Shown one piece after another: positions 28,222-38,570 of a DNA stretch of 64,000 bases. Under the pieces are notes generated by a model. That model was not told the DNA's origin. It did no database searches and worked only from the letters and a program-made list of their open reading frames with translations. The stretch lies in the IMG/VR virus record IMGVR_UViG_3300027762_000001; one strand, 5' to 3'. Every line of letters starts with the position of its first letter. Position 1 is the stretch's first letter. The stretch comes from a virus. The translations under genes were made by a program, and so were the position numbers.

Positions 28222-30189
28222 ATGAGTGATATAAATAAAGACATAACAGAATTAGATGAACTTCCAATGAACGCCATAGATCTTGACAATCCTCTTGATG
28301 GTGATGATAAAAAAATTGCAATGTTAAGAGAGGAAAAAGATAAGGCTATAAGTATGGTGAAGATTGCATCTTTTGATGGAAGACTTCAAGACCCATACCC
28401 TACTCCATTTTTAAATTTATCCGATACCAAGATACCTAGGACATCAACTGAAATTTTTAAATGGTGTAAATATTTTTATACTTTTGACCCGCTAATTGCA
28501 GGAGCCATTAATGCACTATCCACTTTTCCAGTTACTGAAATTTATTTAGAAGATGTAGATGAAAACGGAAAAGGCGATAAAAATGAAGATAGTGATACTT
28601 TAATTTTATATAAAAAAATCTTTTTTAAAGATTTAAATATATATAAAATGTTAATTGAAATAGGTATAGATTATTATTTGTATGGCAACTGCTTTATATT
28701 TGGAGAACTACATACAAATAAAGCAACTGGTAGTGTTGAGTGGAAGAACATGGTGAGACTTGATCCTAATAGAGTTATTATAGATTATAACCCGGCTACA
28801 AAAGAAAAGAAATTTAAATGGAGAGTATCTCCATCTATTGCTAAAATTATAAAAGATAAAAAGCCAAAAGATGAGTATAATAAAATACCAGATATAATGA
28901 AAGAGGCAGTACTTAAAAATAACTCTATAGTATTAAATTCAAATAATATATATCACTTCCCAAGACCTACAGATTCAGCGGGAGATAATAATATTTGGGG
29001 AACACCTATTATTGCAAATGTACTAAAACTTTTAATGTATAGAAATATATTAAGACAATCTCAGGAGGCTATTGCGAGAGAACATATAGTGCCTATGAGA
29101 GTTTATTATTTAGATAGAACCAATGATTATAATCCTACGGCTGATTGGAATAAAGTTGCATCTAACTTTGCTGCTGAACTTAATAAATCAGTAAAAGACC
29201 CTAATTATAAAGTTGTATCTCCTGTTCCTGTTAATTTGATAAATGTTGGAGGTCAAGGAAGGGCTTTATTATTAACTCCAGAAATAGAGCAAATACAAGC
29301 TGAGATTTTGGCAGGAATGAATGTTCCAAGAGAGTTTATATTTGGTGGAGTTGGTTATTCTGGAAGTTCTATATCTTTAAAAATATTAGAAAATCAGTTT
29401 ATAACTTATAGACTTTTACTAAAAGACTTTATGCAAAACTTTATAATAAAAAATATGGCTAAAGCTAGAAAAGAATGGGTTAGTGAAAAGGATGATAGTT
29501 CATTAATTACAGTTAAAATGATGGACTTAAAAATGCAAGATGACGTACAGCAAAAACAATTAGTAATACAATTAAATCAAGCTGGCAAATGTACTAATGA
29601 GTATATGTGGAAAGTTATAGGAATGGACCCTGATAAAATGAGGGAGTCATTAAAAGATGAAGCAATAGAAGCTATAAAAACTGATACAGAAATAAAAATG
29701 GAGCAGTTAAAATCACAATTAGAACTTCAAAAGGTGCAGATGCAAGTAGATCAAGAAATAAGAAAATTCCAATTAGAGATGTATAAAAGTGACCCACAAA
29801 TGAATCAGGAAGAAGCTCAAATGAGTCAGGAACAACAAATGATGCAACAGCCTATGCAAGGACAGGGTCAAAGTCAAGACCAAGGTATGCATCCAGCGGC
29901 ACAAGGTCAAATGCAACCAGAGCAAATGCAACCAGAGCAAAATCCAGCTATTGACGAATCTGATGTCGTCAATGAGGATGCTCAGATTCAAAATGTTGCT
30001 CTTCAATTAATTAAAACAGGGGAAAAAGGAAGAGATGCTTTCTTAGCTTCCTTGCCTGATAGATATAAACAAAAAGTTATAAAGAAAATGCAAGAATTAA
30101 CAACATCTATGAATAATCAGCAAGGTGCAGGAATAGATATGAGACCTATGCCAGAACAAAAACCACCAAGAAGAGATAGCCTAAAATAA
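28222..30189 (+). CDS. Portal protein
   Basis: W..YFY..DPLI...I.....FP, Y..YGN.F, WG.P, P.R, G.NVP.EF..G; coiled coil and Gln-rich tail. Confidence 0.8.
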   Translation: MSDINKDITELDELPMNAIDLDNPLDGDDKKIAMLREEKDKAISMVKIASFDGRLQDPYPTPFLNLSDTKIPRTSTEIFKWCKYFYTFDPLIAGAINALSTFPVTEIYLEDVDENGKGDKNEDSDTLILYKKIFFKDLNIYKMLIEIGIDYYLYGNCFIFGELHTNKATGSVEWKNMVRLDPNRVIIDYNPATKEKKFKWRVSPSIAKIIKDKKPKDEYNKIPDIMKEAVLKNNSIVLNSNNIYHFPRPTDSAGDNNIWGTPIIANVLKLLMYRNILRQSQEAIAREHIVPMRVYYLDRTNDYNPTADWNKVASNFAAELNKSVKDPNYKVVSPVPVNLINVGGQGRALLLTPEIEQIQAEILAGMNVPREFIFGGVGYSGSSISLKILENQFITYRLLLKDFMQNFIIKNMAKARKEWVSEKDDSSLITVKMMDLKMQDDVQQKQLVIQLNQAGKCTNEYMWKVIGMDPDKMRESLKDEAIEAIKTDTEIKMEQLKSQLELQKVQMQVDQEIRKFQLEMYKSDPQMNQEEAQMSQEQQMMQQPMQGQGQSQDQGMHPAAQGQMQPEQMQPEQNPAIDESDVVNEDAQIQNVALQLIKTGEKGRDAFLASLPDRYKQKVIKKMQELTTSMNNQQGAGIDMRPMPEQKPPRRDSLK

Positions 30190-30201
30190 GGATGTGATTA
30201 A

Positions 30202-30417
30202 ATGAAAAGAGGAATAAAAACATTTATACTTCCTATGCAGGATAAAGAAGCTTCAATTTTTATGAATAATAAAGATATAGTTGTAACACTAAAGGAGAGA
30301 CACTTTGCCCCAAAAGAGGGATTACTATATTTATATATAGAATATGACGACTTCGCTCCTGAAGGTGAAGATTATGAAGATTGTGATGAAGGTGGGTGTT
30401 TATTAAATGATACATGA
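30202..30417 (+). CDS. Small hypothetical protein overlapping RNAP start
   Basis: 71 aa, acidic tail, overlaps RNAP ORF by 11 nt. Confidence 0.55.
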   Translation: MKRGIKTFILPMQDKEASIFMNNKDIVVTLKERHFAPKEGLLYLYIEYDDFAPEGEDYEDCDEGGCLLNDT

Positions 30418-33400
30418 AAAAACTGAAGATTTAAAAAGAAGACTTATGAATTTTATGCAGAGGAATACACCCATTAAGGCTGATACTAGAAGTTTACATA
30501 TTGAGAACTTAACTATAACAGAGCCTTCAGCAGTAAATGATTTAGACCAACAGCTTAACATGAAGTATTCTGAATCAGGAAATTTAAAGGGTTGGCTTAG
30601 GGGAAATGTTACAGTTACAGACAATAAAACAAATAAAGAAATAGCAAAAACTAATCCGATAAATTTAATACCTGTATATTATATGACTGATAGAGGTACA
30701 TATATAAGTAATGGTATTGAGAAAAATATTTTAACTCAAATGAGATTAAAACCTGGAGTCTATACTGAAAAAGGTGCTGACATAAGAACCAATCTTATGT
30801 TTGATATGACAAAACAGTATCTTCCTAGAATAGATATTATATTTGATCCAGGTGCAATGTCATTTAAAATTATTATAAAAAGAGGAAAAGACACTAAATT
30901 TGATGGCATTGGATTTTTAAGAGAATTAGGTTTTTCTGATGCTGAAATAAAAAGAGCTATTGGTAACGATTCAGTTTCTGATATGCTATTTTCAGTAAGC
31001 AGAGAAAGAAAAAGTATATACGATATATTTAAAGCTATAACTGGTAAAACATCTAGTGATACGCCAGATAAAACAAGAGATATGTTATTTTCTTATTTTG
31101 ATAATGAAATGACGTTTGGAGAAGATGGTAAGGAGTCAGTTAAATCAACTATAAATTCAAGTTCTAAAAGTTTAAATAAAGATATAATATTAAGGTCTGT
31201 AAATAAAAACTTTGCGGTATTTAGAAATGAAGTTGAAGAAGACGATAAAGATGATTTAAGATTTAAAGTTGTATCAGATGATAATGATTTGATAATGGAA
31301 GAAGTTGCACAAGACTTTGAGGTATTTAAATCATCTGTAATAAATACTTTAAATACAAGAGAAGTTTTAAATTCATCAGACTTAAGAGGATTAACTAAGT
31401 TAGGGAAAAATATTGATAAATTCATGAAAGAAAGTGATTTATCGCAAAATCCGGAACAGACTAATCCACTAGAAATAGCATCCATTGATAGAAAAGTTAC
31501 TCAGATAGGTGGGTTTCAAGGTATATCAAAAGACAATGCTGACAAAGTTATTAAACCAAGAAACTTAAAAGCTATGGCAATTAATAGATTAGATCCAGTT
31601 GAAACTCCAGAGTCAACAAAGATAGGATTAATAGAACATTTAACTCAAAGTGCTGAGGTTAAAAATAAAACTATTAGTACAGAGTTTATAAAAGTAAAAG
31701 ATGGCGTTGCCGTAAATACTCTTGCCAATGTAGTTAAATTAACTCCAGATAAAGAGTATGACTCTAAAGTTGCCTTTTATGATTTAAGATATATAAGAAA
31801 AGATGGTAACAAAATAATATTTACAAAAGATGTAATTCCAGGAAGATATAAAAGTAAAATTCAAGATATTCATATAAGTGAAATACAGTATGTTGATAGA
31901 GCTCCGCAAAACCTTTTAAATTATGCTGCAAATATGATACCCTTCGTAAGTCATGATGATGGAAACAGAACACTTATGGGTACTAATATGCAAAGACAGG
32001 CTGTCTCAATTATCAACAGAGAAGTTCCACTTGTTATGTCTGCGTCTGACGATAAAAGGACATATGAAGATGTTATAGGGGAAAAATATGGGAAGCCAGT
32101 AAATTCAACGACTAGTGGAGTTGTAAAAGATATAACTTCATCTAGAATAATAATTAAGGATGAAAAAGGAAAAGAGCATGCTCATAATTATTACGACCAT
32201 TTTCCTGTCAATCAAAGTTTTATCAATAATGAGCTATTAATAAAAAAAGGACAAGAAGTAAAAAAAGGTCAAATGCTTGCAGAAGGATGGCAAACTAGAG
32301 ACGGTAAACTTGCCTTAGGTGCAAATGCAAGAGTTGCTTATATGCCATTTAAAGGCTTTAACTATGAAGATGGTGTAGTTGTAAGTAAAGACTTTGCTAA
32401 TAAAATGTCAAGCGAAGAAATGCATCAAGTAGAAATTGAAATTTATTCTGACTACTTAGGTGGTAAAGGTAGTAACATACGGGATGAGCTAAAAAAGTAC
32501 ACAGTTAACCAAGAAATTTTAACTAGGCTAGATAAAGACGGAATAATAAAAGAGGGCTCATACGTAAAGCCAGGCAATATACTAGTGGCATTCTTAGCTC
32601 CAGAAGATAAATATGAAACTTATGGACTATCAGAAGTCTTAGGAATTAAAAAGAAAAATGTAACTTATAAGCTGGGCCAAAAAATAATAGAGGAATCTAG
32701 TTATTTAGAAGGTACAGTTAAAAGAATAAATATAATAGAAAGTCCTGAAGCAGGAATAAAACAAAAAATAGTAGTATCTCTTTTAAGTGAAAAGTCATTA
32801 AAGCTAGGAGATAAAATTTCTGGTAAGCACGGAAATAAAGGAATAATAACAAAGATACTCCCTACATCTGAGATGCCTGTAGCTGAAGATGGCAAAAATG
32901 TTGACTTAATCTTTTCTCCATTAGCGGTACCTTCAAGGAAAAATTTAGGCCAATTATTAGAAGTCAATGCTGGATTAATAGCAGAGAAAAAGGGAAAACC
33001 TTTTATTGTAAATAATTTTGACCCTAAAGAAAAAGAGAGAGTTGAAAAAGAATTAAAAGAAATAGGTATTCCTGATGGAAAAATGAAAGTTAGCTTAAGA
33101 GAAAGACAAGACGATGACAGCATTAAAGAAATCCCTGTAGACAATCGTGTTACAGTTGGCAATATGTATATAATGAAATTAAAACACAAAATTGATGATA
33201 AAGTTCAATCAAGAAGTAACATTGAAGGTGTTGCTCCTGAAAGAAAAACATTTATGCCTGCTAAAAAATTAGGTCAGGCACAAGGCGAAAAGTACAATCC
33301 TCAAAGACTTGGTGAAATGGAAATGAGGGTATTGCAAGCTCATGGAGCTGTTCATAATATATTAGAGAGCTCCACTATAAAAGCTGACGGTGGAGGAAAT

Positions 33401-36400
33401 GAACAAAATAGAATAGCAATATACAATGCTATAGCCACAGGAAAACTAGATAGCTTAGATTTTTCTGCCACTCCAGAGACTATAAATGTAATGGCTGATA
33501 CATTAAAAGGGCTAGGCTTAAATGTAAAACCTATCAATAATGGAGATGTAGCTAAATCATTTGATGAAGCTTATGATAGTTTAGCTGTTGTGCCTATGAA
33601 ACCTAGTCAAATGATTAAAATGATAGGTAAGGATAACGAGGTTACTCAGCCAAAAATGTATGACGCAAAAGCTGGAGGAAGACAAGTCCCATATAGAAGG
33701 GGGCTTGCTGACCCTGAAATTTTTGGAGATGATAAGAGCTCAGATTTAGAGGATAGAAAAAAATGGGGTTATATAAAACTTGGCACTCCAATTCCAAACC
33801 CTATACTTATGTCCAATGCATCATACAATCCATACTCTTTAATAACTGGGATGAAAGATAGTCAGTTGAAAGAGTTAATGGACGGTAAGAAAGTTATGGT
33901 AATTGACCCTGAAAAATATGAGGCTTTTAAGGGTAATAAAGAAAAGATAGAGGAAGTAAAAGCGAATATGGATAAGCTAGGTTTTAAGCCTGGTGATTTA
34001 GTTGATCCTCAAAAGCTTGAAAAATTAGATTTAGATAGTAATGTAATTTTATGGAAAGCTGGAGGAGAAGGCATTCAGCATTTATTAGATAATGTTGATC
34101 TGGAATCTGAACTGAAAAAATCAGAACAAAAACTAAAAGATGCCAAGCCTAAAGATATAGATAAACATTATAAAAAATATAAATCACTTTTAACATTAAA
34201 AAATAACAACTTAAATCCTGGTGACTTAATGCTTCACTATCTACCTGTTACGCCTCACTACTTTAGACCCACTCAAATGCAAGGTAAAAAAGTAGTATTG
34301 TCAGATTTAAGTGAACTCTATGGTAATGTTATAAAATCTAATAACTCTATAATTAATAACTATGAAAGTGGCTTTGACATGATAGGTGACTCAGACCCTG
34401 AACAGGCTGCAAGACTTACTAGGTCACTTTATAAGACAGTGTCTTATGCAACTGGAGACAAGGAATATTATCATCCACGAAAGAAACGAAAAATGCTAGG
34501 AATAATAGAGAGTTTAGGTAAAAAAGAAGGCCTTATAAGAAATAAAATGCTAGGGAAAAGAGTAGATTTTTCTGGAAGGTCAGTTATTGGTGTTGATCCT
34601 AACTTAAAGTTAGATGAGGTTGGAATTCCTCTTGATATGGCTAAAAATATTTACAAGCCTTTTATAGTTAAAGAATTAATGAGTAGAGGCTTGGCTAAAG
34701 ACAGAAAAGAAGCTACTAAGAAGATAAAAAAAGGTGATAGTGATGTTAAAAAGATATTAGATGATTTAGCAAAAGACAGACCAGTATTATTAAATAGAGC
34801 TCCATCACTACATAAATTTAATATACAGGCTTACACTCCCGTTATAAAAGATTATCAGGATGGCGAAGCTGTGAAGATAATACAATTAAATCCGTTGTCT
34901 GTATCAGGCTACAACGCTGATTTTGACGGGGACACTATGTCTGTCCACCTCCCTGTAACTGAAAAGGCCAATGAGGAAGCTAAGAAACTAATGAGACCAT
35001 CAGATAATTTAATAAATCCTACAAATGGAAAAATGATAGTTGAAATACGTCATGAGATGGCATTAGGCATATATTATCTAACGATGAGCTCTGACAAGGT
35101 AAAAGGTGAAGGTAAAACATATAGCAATATAGAGCAATTAAGAAAAGATTTTAAAGATGGAAATATAAATGTAAAAGATAAAGTTACTATCGGAGGCAAG
35201 ACATCAACAGCAGGTCAAGCAATGTATAATTTACTCTTACCTGAAAAATATAGAAATTATAGTTTAGCATGGTCCGCAAAAGATATATCTAAGATGTTTT
35301 TAGAGATGTATCAAGAAGCAGAAAGAACTAATGGAAAAGCTATATCTATAAGTGAAGTTAGTAGAATATTAGATAATGTAAAAGATTTAGGTTTTGAAGC
35401 ATCTACAAGGTCTGGAATTAGTATAGGTATTGGTGACTTTAAAAAGATAGAAGATGCAGATCAATTATTCGATTCACATGTGAAAAAAGAAATGAAGACA
35501 AATAAAAATCCTAATGATGCTAAAATACAAGGTTGGCTTAAAGCTGAAGGAGAAATACAGGATAGGCTTAAAAAAGGTGAAATTTTAGCATATGATAATC
35601 CTGTTCAAATAATGATGGCATCAGGTGCAAGGTCAAAACCTGACCAAGTAAGAAGAATGATGGTAAGTGTTGGTGTTGGTATGGATTTGACCGATAAATT
35701 AACAAGCCCAGTTAAACACTCTCACTTAGATGGATTATCTCCACAAGAGTACTGGACTCACAGTTACGACTCTAGAAAAGGTATGTATGATAGAACCGTA
35801 GAAACGAGAGAGCCAGGAGCATTCTCTAGAGAGGTATGGAGTGTAACTCAGGATATTGTGATAAAAGAAAAAGATTGCAAGACTCGTGACGGAATAAGTA
35901 TACCAAAATCAAACCCATCAGCATTAGGAAGATTTTTATCTGAAGATGTTTTAGGTACATCTTCAATAATTGCAACGAGAGATTCGCTAATAACAAAAGA
36001 GGTATATGATAAAATTTATAAAGATGAAACTGTGAAAATGATAAAGATAAGGTCTCCATTAAAATGTAAGGTTGTAAATGGCCTTTGTCAGAAGTGTTAC
36101 GGAACTATGCCTGGTACTATGCAAACTGCAAGTATAGGCTCTCCAACAGGAGTTATAGCATCACAAGCATTATCTGAGCCTGCAACGCAGATGACAATGA
36201 ATACATTCCATAGTGGAGGAACAGGGTCAGCTGCAACAGTTGGATTTCCTAGAATTAAACAAATACTTAATTTATCAAAAGATAGTGAGAGTAAAGCAGT
36301 CTTAGCTAGAACATCGGGCAATGTTATATCTATCAAAAAGGGTGCAAAGGGAACATTTGATATAGTTAGAATAAGTAATGTTGACCATAACGTTCCTCAC

Positions 36401-37237
36401 ACAAAAGAAGGTGCTAGTCAAAAGATTAAAGTTTCTATTGGTGATAATGTAATAAAGGGTGACTTTTTAACTTACGGAGATATAGATGATATAAATGCTG
36501 GAGAAAAATTAATATTATCAGCAGACCCAAGAGAGATGTTTGCGTTGAAGAGTGAAGAGCTAGGTCAAGATAAGGCATGGGATTATACTCAGAACTATTT
36601 AACTAACAGCATACAAAGAGCTTATGAAGATACATTTGGAATAGGGGCTGTAGATAATAGGCATTTAGAAACAGTGGTGTCTAAAATGACTTCGAGAGTT
36701 ACGATAATGGATCCGGGAGATTCAAACTTTATAAGAGGCGATGTAGTAGAAAAGAATCAAGCAGACCAATGGAACTCTATCAATGCTGGTGAGTTTAGTG
36801 TTAAAACTAAGAATGTAAGTAATGCAGGTGAAATCTTAAACAGTGTTGCGCATGAAACATATAAAGATAGAGCTGGAAATACAATAGTTTCAAAAGGTGA
36901 TATGTTTACAGAAGAAAATATTCCAAAATTAATGTTAGCAAATATAAGCCAAGTAAAAGTTAAACCAAAGCCAGTTAAATATAATATAGAATTATTAAGT
37001 AAGAATCAGGCGGTAACAAAAGGGCATGATAATTGGCTTAGTAATATGGGTCATGAAAATGTAAAAGAACAATTAACAAGAGCGGTTGTTAAAGGACAAG
37101 TTGATAAATTAAATGACCCTAGAACTAGACTCATGACAGGAAAGCTGTTAAATATCGGTGAAGGGTTTAATGCTGTTAAACAGAAAGCTAACAGTATTGC
37201 AAATAGGATGTTCAACTTCTTTAGTAAAGATGATTAA
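30407..37237 (+). CDS. rpoBC: Fused beta-beta' DNA-directed RNA polymerase
   Basis: beta: PVETPE..KIGL, IPF..HDD.NR.LMG.NMQRQA, G.NYEDG, GDK..G.HGNKG, KL.H..DDK, QRLGEME; beta': LGKRVDFSGRSVI, NRAPSLH, YNADFDGD (34913-34933), RSPLKC..CQKCYG, EPATQMTMNTFH. Confidence 0.97.
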   Translation: MIHEKTEDLKRRLMNFMQRNTPIKADTRSLHIENLTITEPSAVNDLDQQLNMKYSESGNLKGWLRGNVTVTDNKTNKEIAKTNPINLIPVYYMTDRGTYISNGIEKNILTQMRLKPGVYTEKGADIRTNLMFDMTKQYLPRIDIIFDPGAMSFKIIIKRGKDTKFDGIGFLRELGFSDAEIKRAIGNDSVSDMLFSVSRERKSIYDIFKAITGKTSSDTPDKTRDMLFSYFDNEMTFGEDGKESVKSTINSSSKSLNKDIILRSVNKNFAVFRNEVEEDDKDDLRFKVVSDDNDLIMEEVAQDFEVFKSSVINTLNTREVLNSSDLRGLTKLGKNIDKFMKESDLSQNPEQTNPLEIASIDRKVTQIGGFQGISKDNADKVIKPRNLKAMAINRLDPVETPESTKIGLIEHLTQSAEVKNKTISTEFIKVKDGVAVNTLANVVKLTPDKEYDSKVAFYDLRYIRKDGNKIIFTKDVIPGRYKSKIQDIHISEIQYVDRAPQNLLNYAANMIPFVSHDDGNRTLMGTNMQRQAVSIINREVPLVMSASDDKRTYEDVIGEKYGKPVNSTTSGVVKDITSSRIIIKDEKGKEHAHNYYDHFPVNQSFINNELLIKKGQEVKKGQMLAEGWQTRDGKLALGANARVAYMPFKGFNYEDGVVVSKDFANKMSSEEMHQVEIEIYSDYLGGKGSNIRDELKKYTVNQEILTRLDKDGIIKEGSYVKPGNILVAFLAPEDKYETYGLSEVLGIKKKNVTYKLGQKIIEESSYLEGTVKRINIIESPEAGIKQKIVVSLLSEKSLKLGDKISGKHGNKGIITKILPTSEMPVAEDGKNVDLIFSPLAVPSRKNLGQLLEVNAGLIAEKKGKPFIVNNFDPKEKERVEKELKEIGIPDGKMKVSLRERQDDDSIKEIPVDNRVTVGNMYIMKLKHKIDDKVQSRSNIEGVAPERKTFMPAKKLGQAQGEKYNPQRLGEMEMRVLQAHGAVHNILESSTIKADGGGNEQNRIAIYNAIATGKLDSLDFSATPETINVMADTLKGLGLNVKPINNGDVAKSFDEAYDSLAVVPMKPSQMIKMIGKDNEVTQPKMYDAKAGGRQVPYRRGLADPEIFGDDKSSDLEDRKKWGYIKLGTPIPNPILMSNASYNPYSLITGMKDSQLKELMDGKKVMVIDPEKYEAFKGNKEKIEEVKANMDKLGFKPGDLVDPQKLEKLDLDSNVILWKAGGEGIQHLLDNVDLESELKKSEQKLKDAKPKDIDKHYKKYKSLLTLKNNNLNPGDLMLHYLPVTPHYFRPTQMQGKKVVLSDLSELYGNVIKSNNSIINNYESGFDMIGDSDPEQAARLTRSLYKTVSYATGDKEYYHPRKKRKMLGIIESLGKKEGLIRNKMLGKRVDFSGRSVIGVDPNLKLDEVGIPLDMAKNIYKPFIVKELMSRGLAKDRKEATKKIKKGDSDVKKILDDLAKDRPVLLNRAPSLHKFNIQAYTPVIKDYQDGEAVKIIQLNPLSVSGYNADFDGDTMSVHLPVTEKANEEAKKLMRPSDNLINPTNGKMIVEIRHEMALGIYYLTMSSDKVKGEGKTYSNIEQLRKDFKDGNINVKDKVTIGGKTSTAGQAMYNLLLPEKYRNYSLAWSAKDISKMFLEMYQEAERTNGKAISISEVSRILDNVKDLGFEASTRSGISIGIGDFKKIEDADQLFDSHVKKEMKTNKNPNDAKIQGWLKAEGEIQDRLKKGEILAYDNPVQIMMASGARSKPDQVRRMMVSVGVGMDLTDKLTSPVKHSHLDGLSPQEYWTHSYDSRKGMYDRTVETREPGAFSREVWSVTQDIVIKEKDCKTRDGISIPKSNPSALGRFLSEDVLGTSSIIATRDSLITKEVYDKIYKDETVKMIKIRSPLKCKVVNGLCQKCYGTMPGTMQTASIGSPTGVIASQALSEPATQMTMNTFHSGGTGSAATVGFPRIKQILNLSKDSESKAVLARTSGNVISIKKGAKGTFDIVRISNVDHNVPHTKEGASQKIKVSIGDNVIKGDFLTYGDIDDINAGEKLILSADPREMFALKSEELGQDKAWDYTQNYLTNSIQRAYEDTFGIGAVDNRHLETVVSKMTSRVTIMDPGDSNFIRGDVVEKNQADQWNSINAGEFSVKTKNVSNAGEILNSVAHETYKDRAGNTIVSKGDMFTEENIPKLMLANISQVKVKPKPVKYNIELLSKNQAVTKGHDNWLSNMGHENVKEQLTRAVVKGQVDKLNDPRTRLMTGKLLNIGEGFNAVKQKANSIANRMFNFFSKDD

Positions 37238-37243
37238 AACTTT

Positions 37244-37268
37244 AAAAGAGCCGAGAGGCTCTTTTTTT
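37244..37268 (+). terminator. Intrinsic terminator after RNAP
   Basis: aaaagagcc-gaga-ggctcttttttt. Confidence 0.85.
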
Positions 37269-37281
37269 ATTTTCCAAAAAA

Positions 37282-37298
37282 TAGCATTAGAAATAAAA
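37282..37298 (+). promoter_or_regulatory. Phage promoter-like motif, copy 2
   Basis: TAGCATTAGAAATAAAA (one mismatch). Confidence 0.6.
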
Positions 37299-37321
37299 TT
37301 AATGAAAGGAAAGTGAATAGT

Positions 37322-37486
37322 ATGATTAAAAAGATGAAAGAATGTTGGAGTGAAATGGATAGAGGTGAAAAATTAAAAACAGTATTATATGGTGCCGCAG
37401 GAATTGGATTTGTATTTATGGTAGCTGGGACATATGGAGCTGTAAAATTATCAAAAGAATTATATGAAATTATGAAACCGCAATAA
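37322..37486 (+). CDS. 54-aa single-TM protein, not in ORF track
   Basis: aaagga RBS; TVLYGAAGIGFVFMVAGTYGAV hydrophobic segment. Confidence 0.6.
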   Translation: MIKKMKECWSEMDRGEKLKTVLYGAAGIGFVFMVAGTYGAVKLSKELYEIMKPQ

Positions 37487-37488
37487 CG

Positions 37489-37515
37489 AAAAAGAGCCGA
37501 AAGGCTCTTTTTTTT
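37489..37515 (+). terminator. Intrinsic terminator
   Basis: aaaaagagcc-gaaa-ggctctttttttt. Confidence 0.85.
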
Positions 37516-37522
37516 GCAATTA

Positions 37523-37540
37523 TAGCATAAGATATAAAAG
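37523..37540 (+). promoter_or_regulatory. Phage promoter-like motif, copy 3
   Basis: TAGCATAAGATATAAAAG. Confidence 0.65.
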
Positions 37541-37547
37541 GAAAGGA

Positions 37548-37763
37548 GTGATTAAAATGAGTGATAAAAATTCTAAAAAAACAAAAATACCATCTGATTT
37601 ACATGAGGAAGATAAAGAAACTTTAAAGGAATTTATTGATTCTGGAGCTGATGTAGATATAAGAGATGAGGGAGATCATTTAGTTGCAAATATAACGAAT
37701 TTAGACGAAGAAACAATAAAGTTTATAAAAGAATATTTAGATATTCCTGATGATGAAAATTAA
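37548..37763 (+). CDS. Small acidic hypothetical protein
   Basis: aaggag RBS; likely start 37557; followed by terminator 37768-37792. Confidence 0.6.
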   Translation: MIKMSDKNSKKTKIPSDLHEEDKETLKEFIDSGADVDIRDEGDHLVANITNLDEETIKFIKEYLDIPDDEN

Positions 37764-37817
37764 TCTTGAGCTTTAATAAGCTCCTTTTTTTTGTCGTTTT
37801 TTATTTCCATTTTTTGG

Positions 37818-37834
37818 TAGTATAAGGAATAAAA
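37818..37834 (+). promoter_or_regulatory. Phage promoter-like motif, copy 4
   Basis: TAGTATAAGGAATAAAA. Confidence 0.65.
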
Positions 37835-38334
37835 TGAAGGGAGATGATAGTATGAACTATGAAGAATTTGCAGGCTTGCAAAATAAAGTATCAGAGCTAA
37901 ATGGAAATTTTAGATTTAAAATTATGCAAAAAGTATTTGAAGATTCAGGCATAAATTTTACAAAAAGAATGATGTTTTATTATATAGAAGATAATTTAAT
38001 TCCACCAATTCATAAATTAAATAAAAATCAAGCTTACTATACAAAGGAGCATATTTACAGATACTATCTTATATCTTTATTGAAAGAGTGTCTGAGTTAC
38101 GAAGAGATAAAAATATTCTTTGTGCAAAATAAAGAAGATATAGATAAAATGGATTCAGAAAAGTTGATAGAGTTAAATTTTAAGATACTGCCTAAAATAC
38201 ACACTGAATTATATAATAGAATTCTCTTAAGTGAAGAAAGAGAGCAGTGCGATTTTAAGAATCTTTATGACAAATTTGTAAATCTATCAATTTTATATAA
38301 CTCTAAAAAAATGCTTATAAATAGAGATGAATAA
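37834..38334 (+). CDS. DUF1836/MerR-like HTH protein
   Basis: T..M...Y....LIPP.......Y...H........LK..LS.EEIK; likely start 37852. Confidence 0.65.
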   Translation: MKGDDSMNYEEFAGLQNKVSELNGNFRFKIMQKVFEDSGINFTKRMMFYYIEDNLIPPIHKLNKNQAYYTKEHIYRYYLISLLKECLSYEEIKIFFVQNKEDIDKMDSEKLIELNFKILPKIHTELYNRILLSEEREQCDFKNLYDKFVNLSILYNSKKMLINRDE

Positions 38335-38345
38335 AATGAAGGAGG

Positions 38346-38555
38346 ATGATTGATATGTTTGTTAGCGTAGAGAAGGAGCGTAAAAAAAAATATTATGAAG
38401 AAAATAAAGATAAAATACTTGAGAGACAAAGAGAGAATAGAAGAAAAAAAAGATTGAAAAATAAACCAAAAGTAAAGGCCCGTCAAATAAATCGTTGGGT
38501 TGAAAATGTTTTAAAATATGTTGCAAAAGCAGAGAATCATGAGAGTGAAGAATAA
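38346..38555 (+). CDS. Small basic protein
   Basis: ggagg RBS; KKYYEENKDKILE.Q.E..RKK basic helix. Confidence 0.6.
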   Translation: MIDMFVSVEKERKKKYYEENKDKILERQRENRRKKRLKNKPKVKARQINRWVENVLKYVAKAENHESEE

Positions 38556-38570
38556 AAGGAGGATGATAAT

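Noticed and set aside
30407-37237. Host chromosomal rpoBC or chimeric contig
   Set aside because: No ribosomal-protein neighbours, strongly diverged motifs, and direct linkage to the portal gene.
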